Positions 17,281-26,285 of a DNA stretch of 32,000 nucleotides are shown here, piece by piece (position 1 is the first letter of the stretch; each line of letters begins with the position of its first letter). Source of the DNA: Mycobacterium sp. E3251 (lineage in GTDB: Bacteria > Actinomycetota > Actinomycetes > Mycobacteriales > Mycobacteriaceae); the NCBI RefSeq assembly GCF_001666835.1, contig NZ_LZJF01000180.1:1-32000 (forward strand), in the 5' to 3' direction. A model generated the notes under the pieces. It was not told where the DNA came from, made no database searches, and saw only the letters and a program-made list of their open reading frames with translations. Made by a program: the position numbers and the translations under genes.

Positions 17281-18117
17281 GTGGCGATCGAAGAGATCCT
17301 CGATCTCGAGCAACTCGAGGTCAACATCTACCGCGGTCGGGTGTTCAGCCCCGAGTCGGGATATTTCCAGCGCACGTTCGGTGGCCACGTGGCCGGGCAG
17401 TCGCTGGTCTCGGCGGTGCGCACGGTCGACCCCCGTTACCAGGTGCACTCGCTGCACGGTTACTTCCTGCGGCCCGGGGACGCCAACGAGCCCACGGTCT
17501 TCATCGTCGAGCGCACCCGCGACGGCGGCTCGTTCGCCACCCGGCGCGTCAACGCCATCCAGCACGGCGAGATCATCTTCAGCATGGGCGCGTCCTTCCA
17601 GACCGACCAGGAGGGCATCCACCACCAGGACGTCATGCCGGCCGCGCCGCCGCCCGACGGGCTGCCCGGCCTGGACTCGATCAAGGTGTTCGACGACGCC
17701 GGCTTCAAGCAGTTCGAGGAGTGGGACGTCTGCATCGTGCCGCGCGAGCGCCTGCAGCTGTCGCCCGGCAAGGCCTCCCAGCAGCAGGTGTGGTTCCGCC
17801 ATCGCGACCCGCTGCCCGACGACCCGGTGCTGCACATCTGCGCGCTGGCCTACATGAGCGACCTCACCTTGTTGGGGTCGGCGCAGGTCAACCACCTCGA
17901 CGTGCGAGAGCATCTGCAGGTGGCGTCGCTGGACCACGCGATGTGGTTCATGCGGGCGTTCCGGGCCGACGAGTGGCTGCTGTATGACCAGTCGTCGCCG
18001 TCGGCCAGCGGTGGTCGCTCGTTGTGCCAGGGCAAGATCTTCACCCAGTCCGGCGAGATGGTGGCGGCGGTCATGCAGGAGGGGCTGACCCGCTTCCCGC
18101 GCGGATTTCAGTCGTGA
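17281..18117 (+). CDS. tesB2: Acyl-CoA thioesterase II.
   Basis: [31 protein letters not shown] and [11 protein letters not shown]. This is only the last 837 nt of the 990-aa ORF-track entry. Confidence 0.92.
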   Translation: MAIEEILDLEQLEVNIYRGRVFSPESGYFQRTFGGHVAGQSLVSAVRTVDPRYQVHSLHGYFLRPGDANEPTVFIVERTRDGGSFATRRVNAIQHGEIIFSMGASFQTDQEGIHHQDVMPAAPPPDGLPGLDSIKVFDDAGFKQFEEWDVCIVPRERLQLSPGKASQQQVWFRHRDPLPDDPVLHICALAYMSDLTLLGSAQVNHLDVREHLQVASLDHAMWFMRAFRADEWLLYDQSSPSASGGRSLCQGKIFTQSGEMVAAVMQEGLTRFPRGFQS

Positions 18118-18710
18118 GCCGTCCCCTGATCGGCGTGCTGGCGCTGCAGGGCGACACCCGCGAGCACCTGGCGGCGCTGCGCGAAGCCGGGGCCGAGTCG
18201 ATCCCGGTGCGGCGCCGCGCGGAGCTGGAGAAGGTCGACGGGCTGGTCATTCCCGGTGGCGAATCCACCACGATGAGCCACCTGCTGCTCGACCTCGACC
18301 TGTTGGAGCCGCTGCGCGGGCTGCTGGCCGACGGGCTGCCGGCCTATGGCGCCTGCGCCGGGATGATCCTGCTGGCCAGTGAGATCCTCGACGCCGGCGC
18401 GGGCGGCCGGGAGGCGCTGCCCCTGCGTGCGATCGATATGACCGTGCGGCGCAACGCTTTTGGGCGGCAGGTCGACTCGTTCGAGGGCGACATCCCGTTC
18501 GCCGGTTTGGACGGCCCGGTGCGCGCGGTGTTCATCCGCGCCCCGTGGGTGGAGCGGGCCGGCGACGACGTGCAGGCGCTGGCCGAAGCGTCGGGGCACA
18601 CGGTCGCGGTGCGGCAGGGCGCGAAGCTGGCGACGGCGTTTCATCCCGAGGTGACCGGCGACCGGCGCGTCCACCAGCTCTTCGTGGACATCGTCAACGG
18701 CACCGCCTGA
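18114..18710 (+). CDS. pdxT: Pyridoxal 5'-phosphate synthase, glutaminase subunit PdxT.
   Basis: GTG 18114 overlaps the tesB2 stop (GTGA). Motifs [25 protein letters not shown] and FHPE. Confidence 0.95.
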   Translation: MSRPLIGVLALQGDTREHLAALREAGAESIPVRRRAELEKVDGLVIPGGESTTMSHLLLDLDLLEPLRGLLADGLPAYGACAGMILLASEILDAGAGGREALPLRAIDMTVRRNAFGRQVDSFEGDIPFAGLDGPVRAVFIRAPWVERAGDDVQALAEASGHTVAVRQGAKLATAFHPEVTGDRRVHQLFVDIVNGTA

Positions 18711-18757
18711 CCCATCAGTCACATCAGCACCAGCTTTCGGGTGATGATGTGACCCCG

Positions 18758-18787
18758 GAAATTGATAGCGCGGGCGATATCAATTTC
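18758..18787. promoter_or_regulatory. AT-rich perfect 10-bp inverted repeat GAAATTGATA-N10-TATCAATTTC upstream of yebC (candidate operator/promoter element).
   Basis: Seen directly in the sequence. It stands out against the GC-rich background and lies about 140 bp upstream of ATG 18925. Confidence 0.35.
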
Positions 18788-18924
18788 GGGAAGGCGCATA
18801 TCCCTGTGTTCTTGTGACTGCTGGGGCGGCCGGGCCGTGAGGGGAGCGGCCGGGCAATCTCCGCCAGCCGTCCACGTAGACTCGTCTGGCGAACTTTCGG
18901 AGACAGAAGAGGTAAGAGACACCC

Positions 18925-19680
18925 ATGAGCGGCCATTCCAAGTGGGCCACCACCAAGCACCAAAAGGCCGTCAAAGACGCGCGCCGCGGCAAGGAATTCG
19001 CCCGGCTCATCAAGAACATCGAGGTCGCCGCCCGGACCGGCGGTGGGGACCCAGCGGGCAACCCGACGCTCTACGACGCCATCCAGAAGGCGAAGAAGAC
19101 CTCGGTGCCCAACGACAACATCGAGCGTGCCCGCAAGCGCGGCGCAGGCGAGGAAGCCGGCGGCGCCGACTACCAGACGATCATGTACGAGGGCTACGGG
19201 CCCAACGGCGTGGCGGTGCTGATCGAATGCCTGACCGACAACCGCAACCGCGCGGCCGGCGAGGTCCGGGTGGCGGTGACCCGCAACGGCGGCACCATGG
19301 CCGATCCCGGCTCGGTCTCGTATCTCTTCACCCGCAAGGGCGTCGTCACCCTGGAGAAGAACGGGCTGACCGAAGACGACGTGCTGACCGCGGTTCTCGA
19401 CGCCGGTGCCGAGGACGTCAACGACCTCGGTGAGAGCTTCGAGATAATCTCGGAGCCGACGGACCTGGTCGCGGTGCGGACGGCGTTGCAGGACGCCGGC
19501 ATCGACTACGAGTCCGCCGAGGCCAGCTTCCAGCCGTCGGTCAGCGTCCCGGTGGACGTCGACGGCGCCCGCAAAGTCTTCAAGCTCGTCGACGCCCTCG
19601 AGGACAGCGACGACGTGCAGAACGTCTGGACCAACGTCGACCTGTCCGATGAGGTGCTGGCCGCTCTCGACGAGGACTGA
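18925..19680 (+). CDS. yebC: YebC/PmpR (TACO1) family protein (Rv2603c-like).
   Basis: [50 protein letters not shown] and WTNVD. Confidence 0.95.
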   Translation: MSGHSKWATTKHQKAVKDARRGKEFARLIKNIEVAARTGGGDPAGNPTLYDAIQKAKKTSVPNDNIERARKRGAGEEAGGADYQTIMYEGYGPNGVAVLIECLTDNRNRAAGEVRVAVTRNGGTMADPGSVSYLFTRKGVVTLEKNGLTEDDVLTAVLDAGAEDVNDLGESFEIISEPTDLVAVRTALQDAGIDYESAEASFQPSVSVPVDVDGARKVFKLVDALEDSDDVQNVWTNVDLSDEVLAALDED

Positions 19681-19693
19681 GGGGCGGGCCGCA

Positions 19694-20728
19694 TTACGAG
19701 GCCAAGTCGAGCCTTCCTGTCAGCGTCATCCAGTCGGCGCCCGAGACCGCATAAGCCGGAGGGTCGTGAATCACGGCCACGTTGTCGCTCCATAGGAATC
19801 GCTGCTGAAGCCCGCTGAAGTCGCGGCATCCGATGGTCAGTGGTTGGCTGCCGGGAATGCTTAGGGTCACAGCGGGCATCGTCGAAAAGTACTGGCCGGC
19901 AACATCGTCGAGCCGGTAGGTGGCCCTGGTCGCGGTCACCTGCGAAAGCGAGGCCGAGGCGGTGAGCGCGTTGCTGTCCGCGTCGATCACCCGGATCGTG
20001 TCGTCATCGACGTCGACGAACAGCTGCGGCTGCGACAGCGATTGCGCCAATCGCTGTTTCTTCATCAGCGCAAACGGCCCCATCTGCTGGATCAACAAGG
20101 GGTTCGGAAACAGCACACAGCGAGCCGGATCTCCCGGTGCGGGTTCGCCCACAGCCAAGCCGCGCCAGCGGCCGCTCAGGGACAACATCGCGACGAACTC
20201 CGGCTGGGACAACCAGGCATCGACGAGCGGCGCCGGCGGGGCACTGAGAGGTGTCGTCGGGCCAATCCGGCAGTCACGTCCGCCGAGAATGAATTGATGG
20301 CGGCCGCGCCGCAGATGAAGCGCCAGTCCCGTACTCGCCCACAGGCCTAGCTCGGCGTCAGCGAATGAGTAGAAATCGCCCCGAGCGCCGTCGATCGTGA
20401 GTCCCTCGGATGTGACGTCTAGGTGGTACTTGCGGCGCCATCGCCAAAGGAACAGGGCGCCGAGGGCGAGCCCCAAAACGGCCAACAACGCGAGCCAGCC
20501 GTAGGCGATCACCGGGCCGGGAACGTTCGGGAAGGACCGGTGGGAGCCGCGCGAGTTGCCAAAGGTGCGTCCGACCATCATCAGCACGACACTCAAAACG
20601 ATCGCCCAAAAGCCGATCTGGATGTAGATCGTCGCGCGCTTGCCGGTCAGTTTGGCCCAATTGGGCGAGTAGATCGAGCAGGACGCCACGAACGGGCGCG
20701 ACGCGGAAGACTCTCCGTTGACACTCAT
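19694..20728 (-). CDS. Hypothetical membrane protein with 2 TM helices followed by two PH-like repeats (lineage-specific).
   Basis: ATG 20728 is preceded by AAGGAG with a 5-nt spacer. TM helices are IYIQIGFWAIVLSVVLMMVG and VIAYGWLALLAVLGLALGALFLW. I recognise no characterised family. Confidence 0.65.
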   Translation of the reverse strand: MSVNGESSASRPFVASCSIYSPNWAKLTGKRATIYIQIGFWAIVLSVVLMMVGRTFGNSRGSHRSFPNVPGPVIAYGWLALLAVLGLALGALFLWRWRRKYHLDVTSEGLTIDGARGDFYSFADAELGLWASTGLALHLRRGRHQFILGGRDCRIGPTTPLSAPPAPLVDAWLSQPEFVAMLSLSGRWRGLAVGEPAPGDPARCVLFPNPLLIQQMGPFALMKKQRLAQSLSQPQLFVDVDDDTIRVIDADSNALTASASLSQVTATRATYRLDDVAGQYFSTMPAVTLSIPGSQPLTIGCRDFSGLQQRFLWSDNVAVIHDPPAYAVSGADWMTLTGRLDLAS

Positions 20729-20756
20729 GTCGACTCCTTGCTCGCCCGTCACCGGC

Positions 20757-21155
20757 TTATCCGTGGAACCCCGGGTCGTAGTGCGGCGGCACGGGGCACC
20801 AACCCGGGCCGCAATTCACACCCGAGGGATTGTCGGGCGGCGGATTGTCGCCGTCCCAGGTGTGTGAACTTTGCAGCGTCGGCTGTCCGTTGAGGGCGAT
20901 CCGCGGAACGTTTCCCCACCCGTCGGCGACGATGTACCACGTGTGGCACACAGACATATCCCAGACGTAGTTCTGTGCGACACCGCGGGACGAATTCGGC
21001 CCGCTCGGCCACTCCATTGACTGCCCTGGACACCAAGTGAACGGGCCCTTGTTGGCATGCGCGATGCCCTGGGCCAGTCCGATACCTGCGATTGCAAGGC
21101 CGACTGAGAGAACCAGGCCCGCCGCAGCCCGCAACACTTTTCTAGCGATATTCAT
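20757..21155 (-). CDS. Small secreted Trp/Cys-rich hypothetical protein.
   Basis: Signal peptide MNIARKVLRAAAGLVLSVGLAIAGIGLAQGIAHA followed by NKG. The mature part has 4 Cys and many Trp. GAAGGAA lies upstream of the ATG. Confidence 0.7.
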   Translation of the reverse strand: MNIARKVLRAAAGLVLSVGLAIAGIGLAQGIAHANKGPFTWCPGQSMEWPSGPNSSRGVAQNYVWDMSVCHTWYIVADGWGNVPRIALNGQPTLQSSHTWDGDNPPPDNPSGVNCGPGWCPVPPHYDPGFHG

Positions 21156-21325
21156 GTGCGTTCCTTCGGCTTGCGTCCGGCGGGTCGCCTAGGTGGCGTC
21201 GCCTTGCAAGTACACCGGTATCGGTGGGCTACCGATCCCAACACCAGAAACCGCGAGATCTCCGGCGCTCGCTGCTCAGTGTGCGCCGCGGGACGCTAAA
21301 AGCGCCGTCGAATTTCGAAACGGCC

Positions 21326-22912
21326 CTAGTCGTAGCCGTGCCGCATGTCCTCGACGATGCGCGGATTGTCCAGCGTCGAGGGCTCGAGCGGGCGGGGGCG
21401 AGTGTCGTCGGGAAACACCGTCGCGGCGTCGAGAACGTGCTGGTTCAGGAAGCGCAGCGGGGGCGCGTTGGGCGGCACGGTGGGTGTGGGCGCACTGCCC
21501 CCGCGGCGCGCCAGCACGAAACCCCAGTCACCGAACGTCGGCACATACACGTGGTAGGGCGTGACCGAGTAGCCGGCCGCGCGGATCGACGAGGCGGTGC
21601 GCCAGAACGCGGTCTGCGTCGAGAACGGGCTGCCCGCCTGCACAACCATCAGGCCGTTTTCGGCGAGCGCGTGTCCGATGAGTGCGTAGAACTCGGTCGA
21701 ATACAGCCGGCCCAGGACCGGGGTGTCGGGGTCGGGCAGGTCGACGATGACCGCGTCGAAGCCGCCGGGCGGCACGACGTCCGGGTGCGGGGAGCGCAAC
21801 CAGCGCATCGCGTCGTCGATCACCACCCTGACCCGTGGGCTGTCCAGCGAGCCGCCGTTGGCCCTGCGCATCGTGGTGCGCGCCAGCTGAATCACCGCGG
21901 GGTCGAGCTCCACCTGCACGATCCTCGTGACGCCCGGCTGACGCAGTAGCTCGCGGGCCACCAGTCCGTCCCCGCCCCCGAGGACCAGGACCGATCGCGC
22001 GCCCGCCCCGAACGCGGGGTAGACCAGGCTTTCGGTGTAGCGGTACTCGTCCCGGGTGGAGAATTGCAGCCCCCCGTCGAGGTACAGGCGCATGTCGTTA
22101 CCGCGCTGGGTGACCACGATCTCCTGGTAGGCGGAGTGTTGGTAGGCGATGATCGGGTCCGCGTAGAGGCGCTGTCTGCTCGTGGTCTCGATGTCGGCCG
22201 AACGGGCCAGCAGCGTGACGAGGAGGGCGAGCGCGGCGGCGAGTGCGCACAGCGCCGTCGCCAGTTGTCGGGCCGAAACGACCCGGCGCAGTACGAAGAT
22301 CGCCACGACGGCCGCGGCCAGCAGGTTGACGATGCCGGTGGCCGCGGCGCCGCGAATCATGCCGAGCTGCGGCAAGAGCAGGAACGGCCACACCAGCCCG
22401 CCCAGCAGCGCGCCGAGGTAATCGGCGGCGTTGAGGTTGGCCAGCGTCCGGCCGGTTTCGGGCGCCTCGCCGCTGCGGCCGCGCTGCAGCATCGTCATCA
22501 GCAGCGGCACCTCGGCGCCGACCAGCCCGCCGATCAGGGCGGTGCCCACCGCCAGCATCCACATCGACTCGTCGTCGATGAATGCGAACACCGTGTACAG
22601 CGCCGCCGCCGACAGGCCGCCGACGATGCTCAGTAGCACCTCCACCGCGACGAACGCGATGGCTGCGTGCGCCAGCAGCGGCTTGACCACCAGGGCGCCC
22701 ACGCCGAGCGCGGCGATGTAGCCCGCGACGATCAGTGACGTGGCGACGATGCCGCCGCCGTTGAGGCTCGCCGCCAGCGTGAGCAGCGCGAGTTCGTAGA
22801 CGATGCCGGACGCCGCACATGCCGCAACGGCGGCCAGCAACACGGCGCGCCACCGCGCCGAAGGCTCCACGGGCCGGCTCACCTCTGGCACCGGCCGATC
22901 AACGGATGTCAT
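21326..22912 (-). CDS. speE: Polyamine aminopropyltransferase (spermidine synthase) with an N-terminal polytopic membrane domain.
   Basis: About 200 aa of TM helices, then [31 protein letters not shown] and [10 protein letters not shown]. Length and architecture match Rv2601c. Confidence 0.92.
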   Translation of the reverse strand: MTSVDRPVPEVSRPVEPSARWRAVLLAAVAACAASGIVYELALLTLAASLNGGGIVATSLIVAGYIAALGVGALVVKPLLAHAAIAFVAVEVLLSIVGGLSAAALYTVFAFIDDESMWMLAVGTALIGGLVGAEVPLLMTMLQRGRSGEAPETGRTLANLNAADYLGALLGGLVWPFLLLPQLGMIRGAAATGIVNLLAAAVVAIFVLRRVVSARQLATALCALAAALALLVTLLARSADIETTSRQRLYADPIIAYQHSAYQEIVVTQRGNDMRLYLDGGLQFSTRDEYRYTESLVYPAFGAGARSVLVLGGGDGLVARELLRQPGVTRIVQVELDPAVIQLARTTMRRANGGSLDSPRVRVVIDDAMRWLRSPHPDVVPPGGFDAVIVDLPDPDTPVLGRLYSTEFYALIGHALAENGLMVVQAGSPFSTQTAFWRTASSIRAAGYSVTPYHVYVPTFGDWGFVLARRGGSAPTPTVPPNAPPLRFLNQHVLDAATVFPDDTRPRPLEPSTLDNPRIVEDMRHGYD

Positions 22913-23364
22913 GACACCGCGGCGGCCGTGACTCCTCCCACGGCGAGCAATATCAGCGCCACGGCGAACGATCCCGGATGCAACTCCGGCTCGTCGATGT
23001 GCTCGTGGAAGCTGCCGGGTATCAGCAGGTGCATCGTGAGCAGCGCCACCCCCAGCAGGATCACGCCCATCAGCCCGTACACCGCCACGCCGACGAGCCC
23101 CTGGCCCAGCTGGCTATAGCTGTTCGCGATCGCGGTGATGATGACCACGGTTAGGGAGATGTACATCGCGCCCGCGACGATGACGGCGTTGGGGCGACGG
23201 TCGATGAACACCAGCCGGCGCAGATTGCCCGGGGTCAACACGTCGACCGCGTAGAACCCGACAAGCAGCACTGCCATGCCGACCAGGAAGTACAGGATCG
23301 TTGCGACCGCGCCCTTCAGGACGGGATTGAGGTCGACGGTGCCGATCTCGACGGCGAGGTACAT
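22909..23364 (-). CDS. DUF350-family membrane protein (Rv2600-like, YjfL-type).
   Basis: 151 aa and 4 TM helices. ATGA overlap with the speE start. Confidence 0.8.
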   Translation of the reverse strand: MYLAVEIGTVDLNPVLKGAVATILYFLVGMAVLLVGFYAVDVLTPGNLRRLVFIDRRPNAVIVAGAMYISLTVVIITAIANSYSQLGQGLVGVAVYGLMGVILLGVALLTMHLLIPGSFHEHIDEPELHPGSFAVALILLAVGGVTAAAVS

Positions 23365-23391
23365 GGTTTTCTCCTTTGTGGTGGTGAGCCG

Positions 23392-23823
23392 TCACTTGGT
23401 TCCGCCGGGGCCGCCGGGCGTACCGCCGGCGCCGCCCGAGGGCGAGCCGGGCGTGAAGCCGGGGCCCAGGAAGATGAAGGCGCCGTGGCTGTATCCGGCG
23501 TTCAGGCCCTCCAGGCGGATGCTGCACGGGCGACTGCCGTCGGGGCCGACGATCACGATGTTGTTGCTGTAGCGCAGGTACTCACTGTCGCCGTTGGCGG
23601 CACGCGCCTCGGGGGACTGGTACTCGGCAAGCGTGTCGGCCACGTCGTCGGGAGGCCCGTTGCATTCGTAGCGCTTCCCGTTCGCGTCGTGGGCGTACTC
23701 GTGATAGTGGCTGGCGATGTAGGAAGCAATATTCTTCTGCGACAAGATGATTCCGGGCACCAGGCAGGCGACGGCGGCGACGGCCAGCGCACCGGCGATC
23801 ACGAACAGGCGATTGCGGCTCAT
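23392..23823 (-). CDS. Membrane-anchored protein, Rv2599-like (DUF4247-type, family number from memory).
   Basis: I chose ATG 23823 (MSRNRLFVIAGALAVAAVACLV) because of the ATGA overlap with the upstream stop. Gly/Pro-rich C-terminal tail. Confidence 0.72.
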   Translation of the reverse strand: MSRNRLFVIAGALAVAAVACLVPGIILSQKNIASYIASHYHEYAHDANGKRYECNGPPDDVADTLAEYQSPEARAANGDSEYLRYSNNIVIVGPDGSRPCSIRLEGLNAGYSHGAFIFLGPGFTPGSPSGGAGGTPGGPGGTK

Positions 23824-24332
23824 GGGTGCCACCGGCTCACCGTATGGACCACGTCACCGCCGGACCCAAAAGGGCTGCGCGGGTAGAGGTGCCAGGTCTG
23901 CCAATGCCAGCCGGCGCCGTCGGGTTCGGCAGCCAACGCGGTCAGCGCGGCGTCGTCGCCGGGGAAAGTGCCACCGAGCCAACCCTTTTCCCGCGCGCAC
24001 CGGTCACGAAGCTCACGCGCCAAGCGGCGGAAGGCCGCCTCGTCGTACGAGTCGGTGCGGGATTGCAGGGAGTACCCGGGCGCGGCGGTGCGCTCCGGCA
24101 GGTCGACGCCCAGGCCGCGCGCCGTGCAGGAGACCTCTTCGGAGAACCGGCCCGCGCCGTGCTCGACGGTGACGACGTGCGATGCGCCCAGCACCCCCAG
24201 CCGCAGGGCGCCGCCGCCCGGGTGGTGCAGAAGGCAGTCCGCCAGCGGCAGGGGTGCGGGCGCGTTGAGCGCGAGTCCGAGCTTCTGCCCGGAGACGTCC
24301 GACGGCGCAACGGCGAGCTGATGAAGGGGCAC
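23820..24332 (-). CDS. Soluble protein, Rv2598-like (DUF2617-type, family number from memory).
   Basis: 170 aa with a GTG start 9 nt after the upstream stop. Same-strand operon position. Confidence 0.7.
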   Translation of the reverse strand: MPLHQLAVAPSDVSGQKLGLALNAPAPLPLADCLLHHPGGGALRLGVLGASHVVTVEHGAGRFSEEVSCTARGLGVDLPERTAAPGYSLQSRTDSYDEAAFRRLARELRDRCAREKGWLGGTFPGDDAALTALAAEPDGAGWHWQTWHLYPRSPFGSGGDVVHTVSRWHP

Positions 24333-24341
24333 CGACGCGCC

Positions 24342-24953
24342 CTAGGGGGTCGACGGCGGGGGCGCCGGATACACGGTGAGCTCGCCCGTCAGCACGGGCT
24401 TGCCGGTCGAAACCTCCCACGGCATGCCCGGCGCCCAGCGCTCGAACGAAAGCAGCGCGGACTCGTCGGAGTTGGCGCAGTCGACGAACTCCATCTCGCC
24501 ACCCGCCGGCAGGCCCGTGGTGCCCTCGGTGGTGAACGACGCGCGACCGCGTTCGGACTCGTGAAACGTCACCCCGTCGACGACGTAGGAGTCGCCCGGC
24601 TGCAGCTGGACGTCCTTGCGGCTGACCCACATCGCCAGCTCGAGGCGCCCGTCGTCCTCTTCGACGCTGAACCAGATCGGCTGGTCGCCGCCCTCCAGCA
24701 GATGTTCCCACCACACGAACGGGCCCTCGCGATACGTCACCGATCCGCGGACCACGTAGTCGACGCCGCCGTAGCTGACGATCGCGCCGGGGCCGAGTTG
24801 CCGGGGCCCGAACTCGGGCATCGCGTTGAACGAGAGGGGATCCTGGCGTCCGCGCGGCGGGGCCGATTGCTTGGGCCGCCGCAAAGCGATGACCAACACC
24901 ACGATTGACGCGATGAACAGCACGATCGCGATAATGACCAGCAGTGATCCCAC
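24342..24953 (-). CDS. Membrane-anchored protein, Rv2597-like (DUF4178-type, family number from memory).
   Basis: GTG start. N-terminal TM is SLLVIIAIVLFIASIVVLVIAL. A beta-rich C-terminal domain follows (VDYVVRGSVTYREGPFVWWEHLL). Confidence 0.75.
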   Translation of the reverse strand: MGSLLVIIAIVLFIASIVVLVIALRRPKQSAPPRGRQDPLSFNAMPEFGPRQLGPGAIVSYGGVDYVVRGSVTYREGPFVWWEHLLEGGDQPIWFSVEEDDGRLELAMWVSRKDVQLQPGDSYVVDGVTFHESERGRASFTTEGTTGLPAGGEMEFVDCANSDESALLSFERWAPGMPWEVSTGKPVLTGELTVYPAPPPSTP

Positions 24954-25102
24954 GCGAACCCTTCCGTTGCCACATTGCTTGAGCGAACGTGGGGTAAAGC
25001 TAACAGCTTTTTTGCGGGTTCGGCGCTGTAACGTCCCGAGCCGGGAATCGGCGGCGAAGCCGCGTGTCCTCCGCGGAGCCGTCGGCCCCGGCCGCTAGGG
25101 TA

Positions 25103-25118
25103 TCGAACAGCTGTTCTA
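25103..25118. promoter_or_regulatory. LexA (SOS) box upstream of ruvC.
   Basis: TCGAACAGCTGTTCTA compared with the mycobacterial consensus TCGAAC-N4-GTTCGA (14 of 16 positions). Ends 16 nt before ATG 25135. Confidence 0.7.
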
Positions 25119-25134
25119 CAGGTGGGAGCGGGCA

Positions 25135-25689
25135 ATGCGCGTGATGGGCGTCGACCCCGGACTGACCCGATGCGGACTGTCGGTGGTCGAAACCGGGCGC
25201 GGGCGAAACGTTGTCGCGCTCGACGTCGACGTGGTGCGGACCCCGTCTGATGCGCCGTTAGCCCATCGGCTGCTGGCCATCAGCGATGCCGTCGAGCACT
25301 GGCTGGCCACCCACCAACCGGATGTCGTGGCCATCGAGCGGGTGTTCTCCCAGCTGAACGTCTCGACGGTGATGGGCACCGCGCAGGCCGGCGGGGTGGT
25401 CGCGCTCGCGGCCGCCAGACGCGGCATCGACGTGCACTTTCACACCCCGAGCGAGGTGAAGGCCGCGGTGACGGGCAACGGCGCCGCCGACAAGGCCCAG
25501 GTCACCGCGATGGTCACCAAAATCCTTGCGCTGCAAGCCAAACCGACGCCGGCCGACGCCGCCGACGCGCTGGCGCTGGCGATCTGTCACTGCTGGAGGG
25601 CGCCGATGATGGCCCGGATGGCCGCGGCCGAGGCGCTGGCCGAGCAGCAGCGGCACAAGTATCTAGCGAAGCTGAAGGCCGCACGATGA
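25135..25689 (+). CDS. ruvC: Holliday junction resolvase RuvC.
   Basis: [21 protein letters not shown] and [14 protein letters not shown]. Confidence 0.96.
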   Translation: MRVMGVDPGLTRCGLSVVETGRGRNVVALDVDVVRTPSDAPLAHRLLAISDAVEHWLATHQPDVVAIERVFSQLNVSTVMGTAQAGGVVALAAARRGIDVHFHTPSEVKAAVTGNGAADKAQVTAMVTKILALQAKPTPADAADALALAICHCWRAPMMARMAAAEALAEQQRHKYLAKLKAAR

Positions 25690-26285
25690 TCGCGTCGGTG
25701 CGCGGCGAGGTGCTCGAGGTGGCGCTCGACCATGCGGTGATCGAGGCCGCCGGGGTCGGCTACCGGGTGAACGCGACACCGTCGACGTTGGCGACCCTGC
25801 GCACCGGGACCGAGGCCCGGCTGATCACCGCGATGGTGGTGCGCGAGGATTCGATGACGCTGTACGGGTTCACCGACTCCGACACCCGCGACCTGTTCCT
25901 CACGCTGCTGACGGTGTCGGGCGTGGGGCCACGGCTGGCCATGGCGACGCTGGCGGTGCACGACGCCGCGGCGCTGCGGCAGGTGCTGCACGACAGCGAC
26001 GTCACGGCGCTGACCCGGGTGCCCGGGATCGGTAAACGCGGCGCCGAGCGGATGGTGCTCGAGTTGCGGGACAAGGTCGGTGCCGTCGCGGCGGGCGCTC
26101 CGGGTGGCGCATCCGCGGTAAACGGGCACGCGGTCCGGGGCCCGGTGGTGGAGGCCCTGGTCGGTCTCGGCTTCGCCGTCAAGCAGGCCGAAGAGGCCAC
26201 CGACAAGGTGCTGGCCACCGAGCAGGACGCGACGACGTCGGGCGCCCTGCGCGCCGCGCTGTCGCTGCTGGGCAAGTCCCGATGA
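25686..26285 (+). CDS. ruvA: Holliday junction branch-migration complex subunit RuvA.
   Basis: [30 protein letters not shown] and [16 protein letters not shown] overlap with ruvC. Confidence 0.96.
   Translation: MIASVRGEVLEVALDHAVIEAAGVGYRVNATPSTLATLRTGTEARLITAMVVREDSMTLYGFTDSDTRDLFLTLLTVSGVGPRLAMATLAVHDAAALRQVLHDSDVTALTRVPGIGKRGAERMVLELRDKVGAVAAGAPGGASAVNGHAVRGPVVEALVGLGFAVKQAEEATDKVLATEQDATTSGALRAALSLLGKSR

Noticed and set aside
15145-18117. 990-aa plus-strand ORF, the longest in the track.
   Set aside because: Only its last 837 nt (tesB2) give a recognisable protein. The rest is an Arg/Gly/Pro-rich read-through that is antisense to the PPE gene and out of frame with pdxS. That is typical of open non-coding frames in GC-rich DNA.
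18718-18753. Hairpin after pdxT (9-bp stem, 18-nt loop) as an intrinsic terminator.
   Set aside because: The loop is large and no T-tract follows. I did not annotate it as a terminator and mention it only within the yebC upstream finding.
24983-25013. A second SOS-like site (GCGAACGTGGGGTAAA) and a short AT hairpin (AAAGCT-aac-AGCTTT followed by a T-run) in the DUF4178/ruvC divergent region.
   Set aside because: The right half-site does not match GTTCGA. The hairpin has a weak 6-bp AT stem, and there is no upstream plus-strand gene for it to terminate. It is probably just AT-rich promoter DNA.
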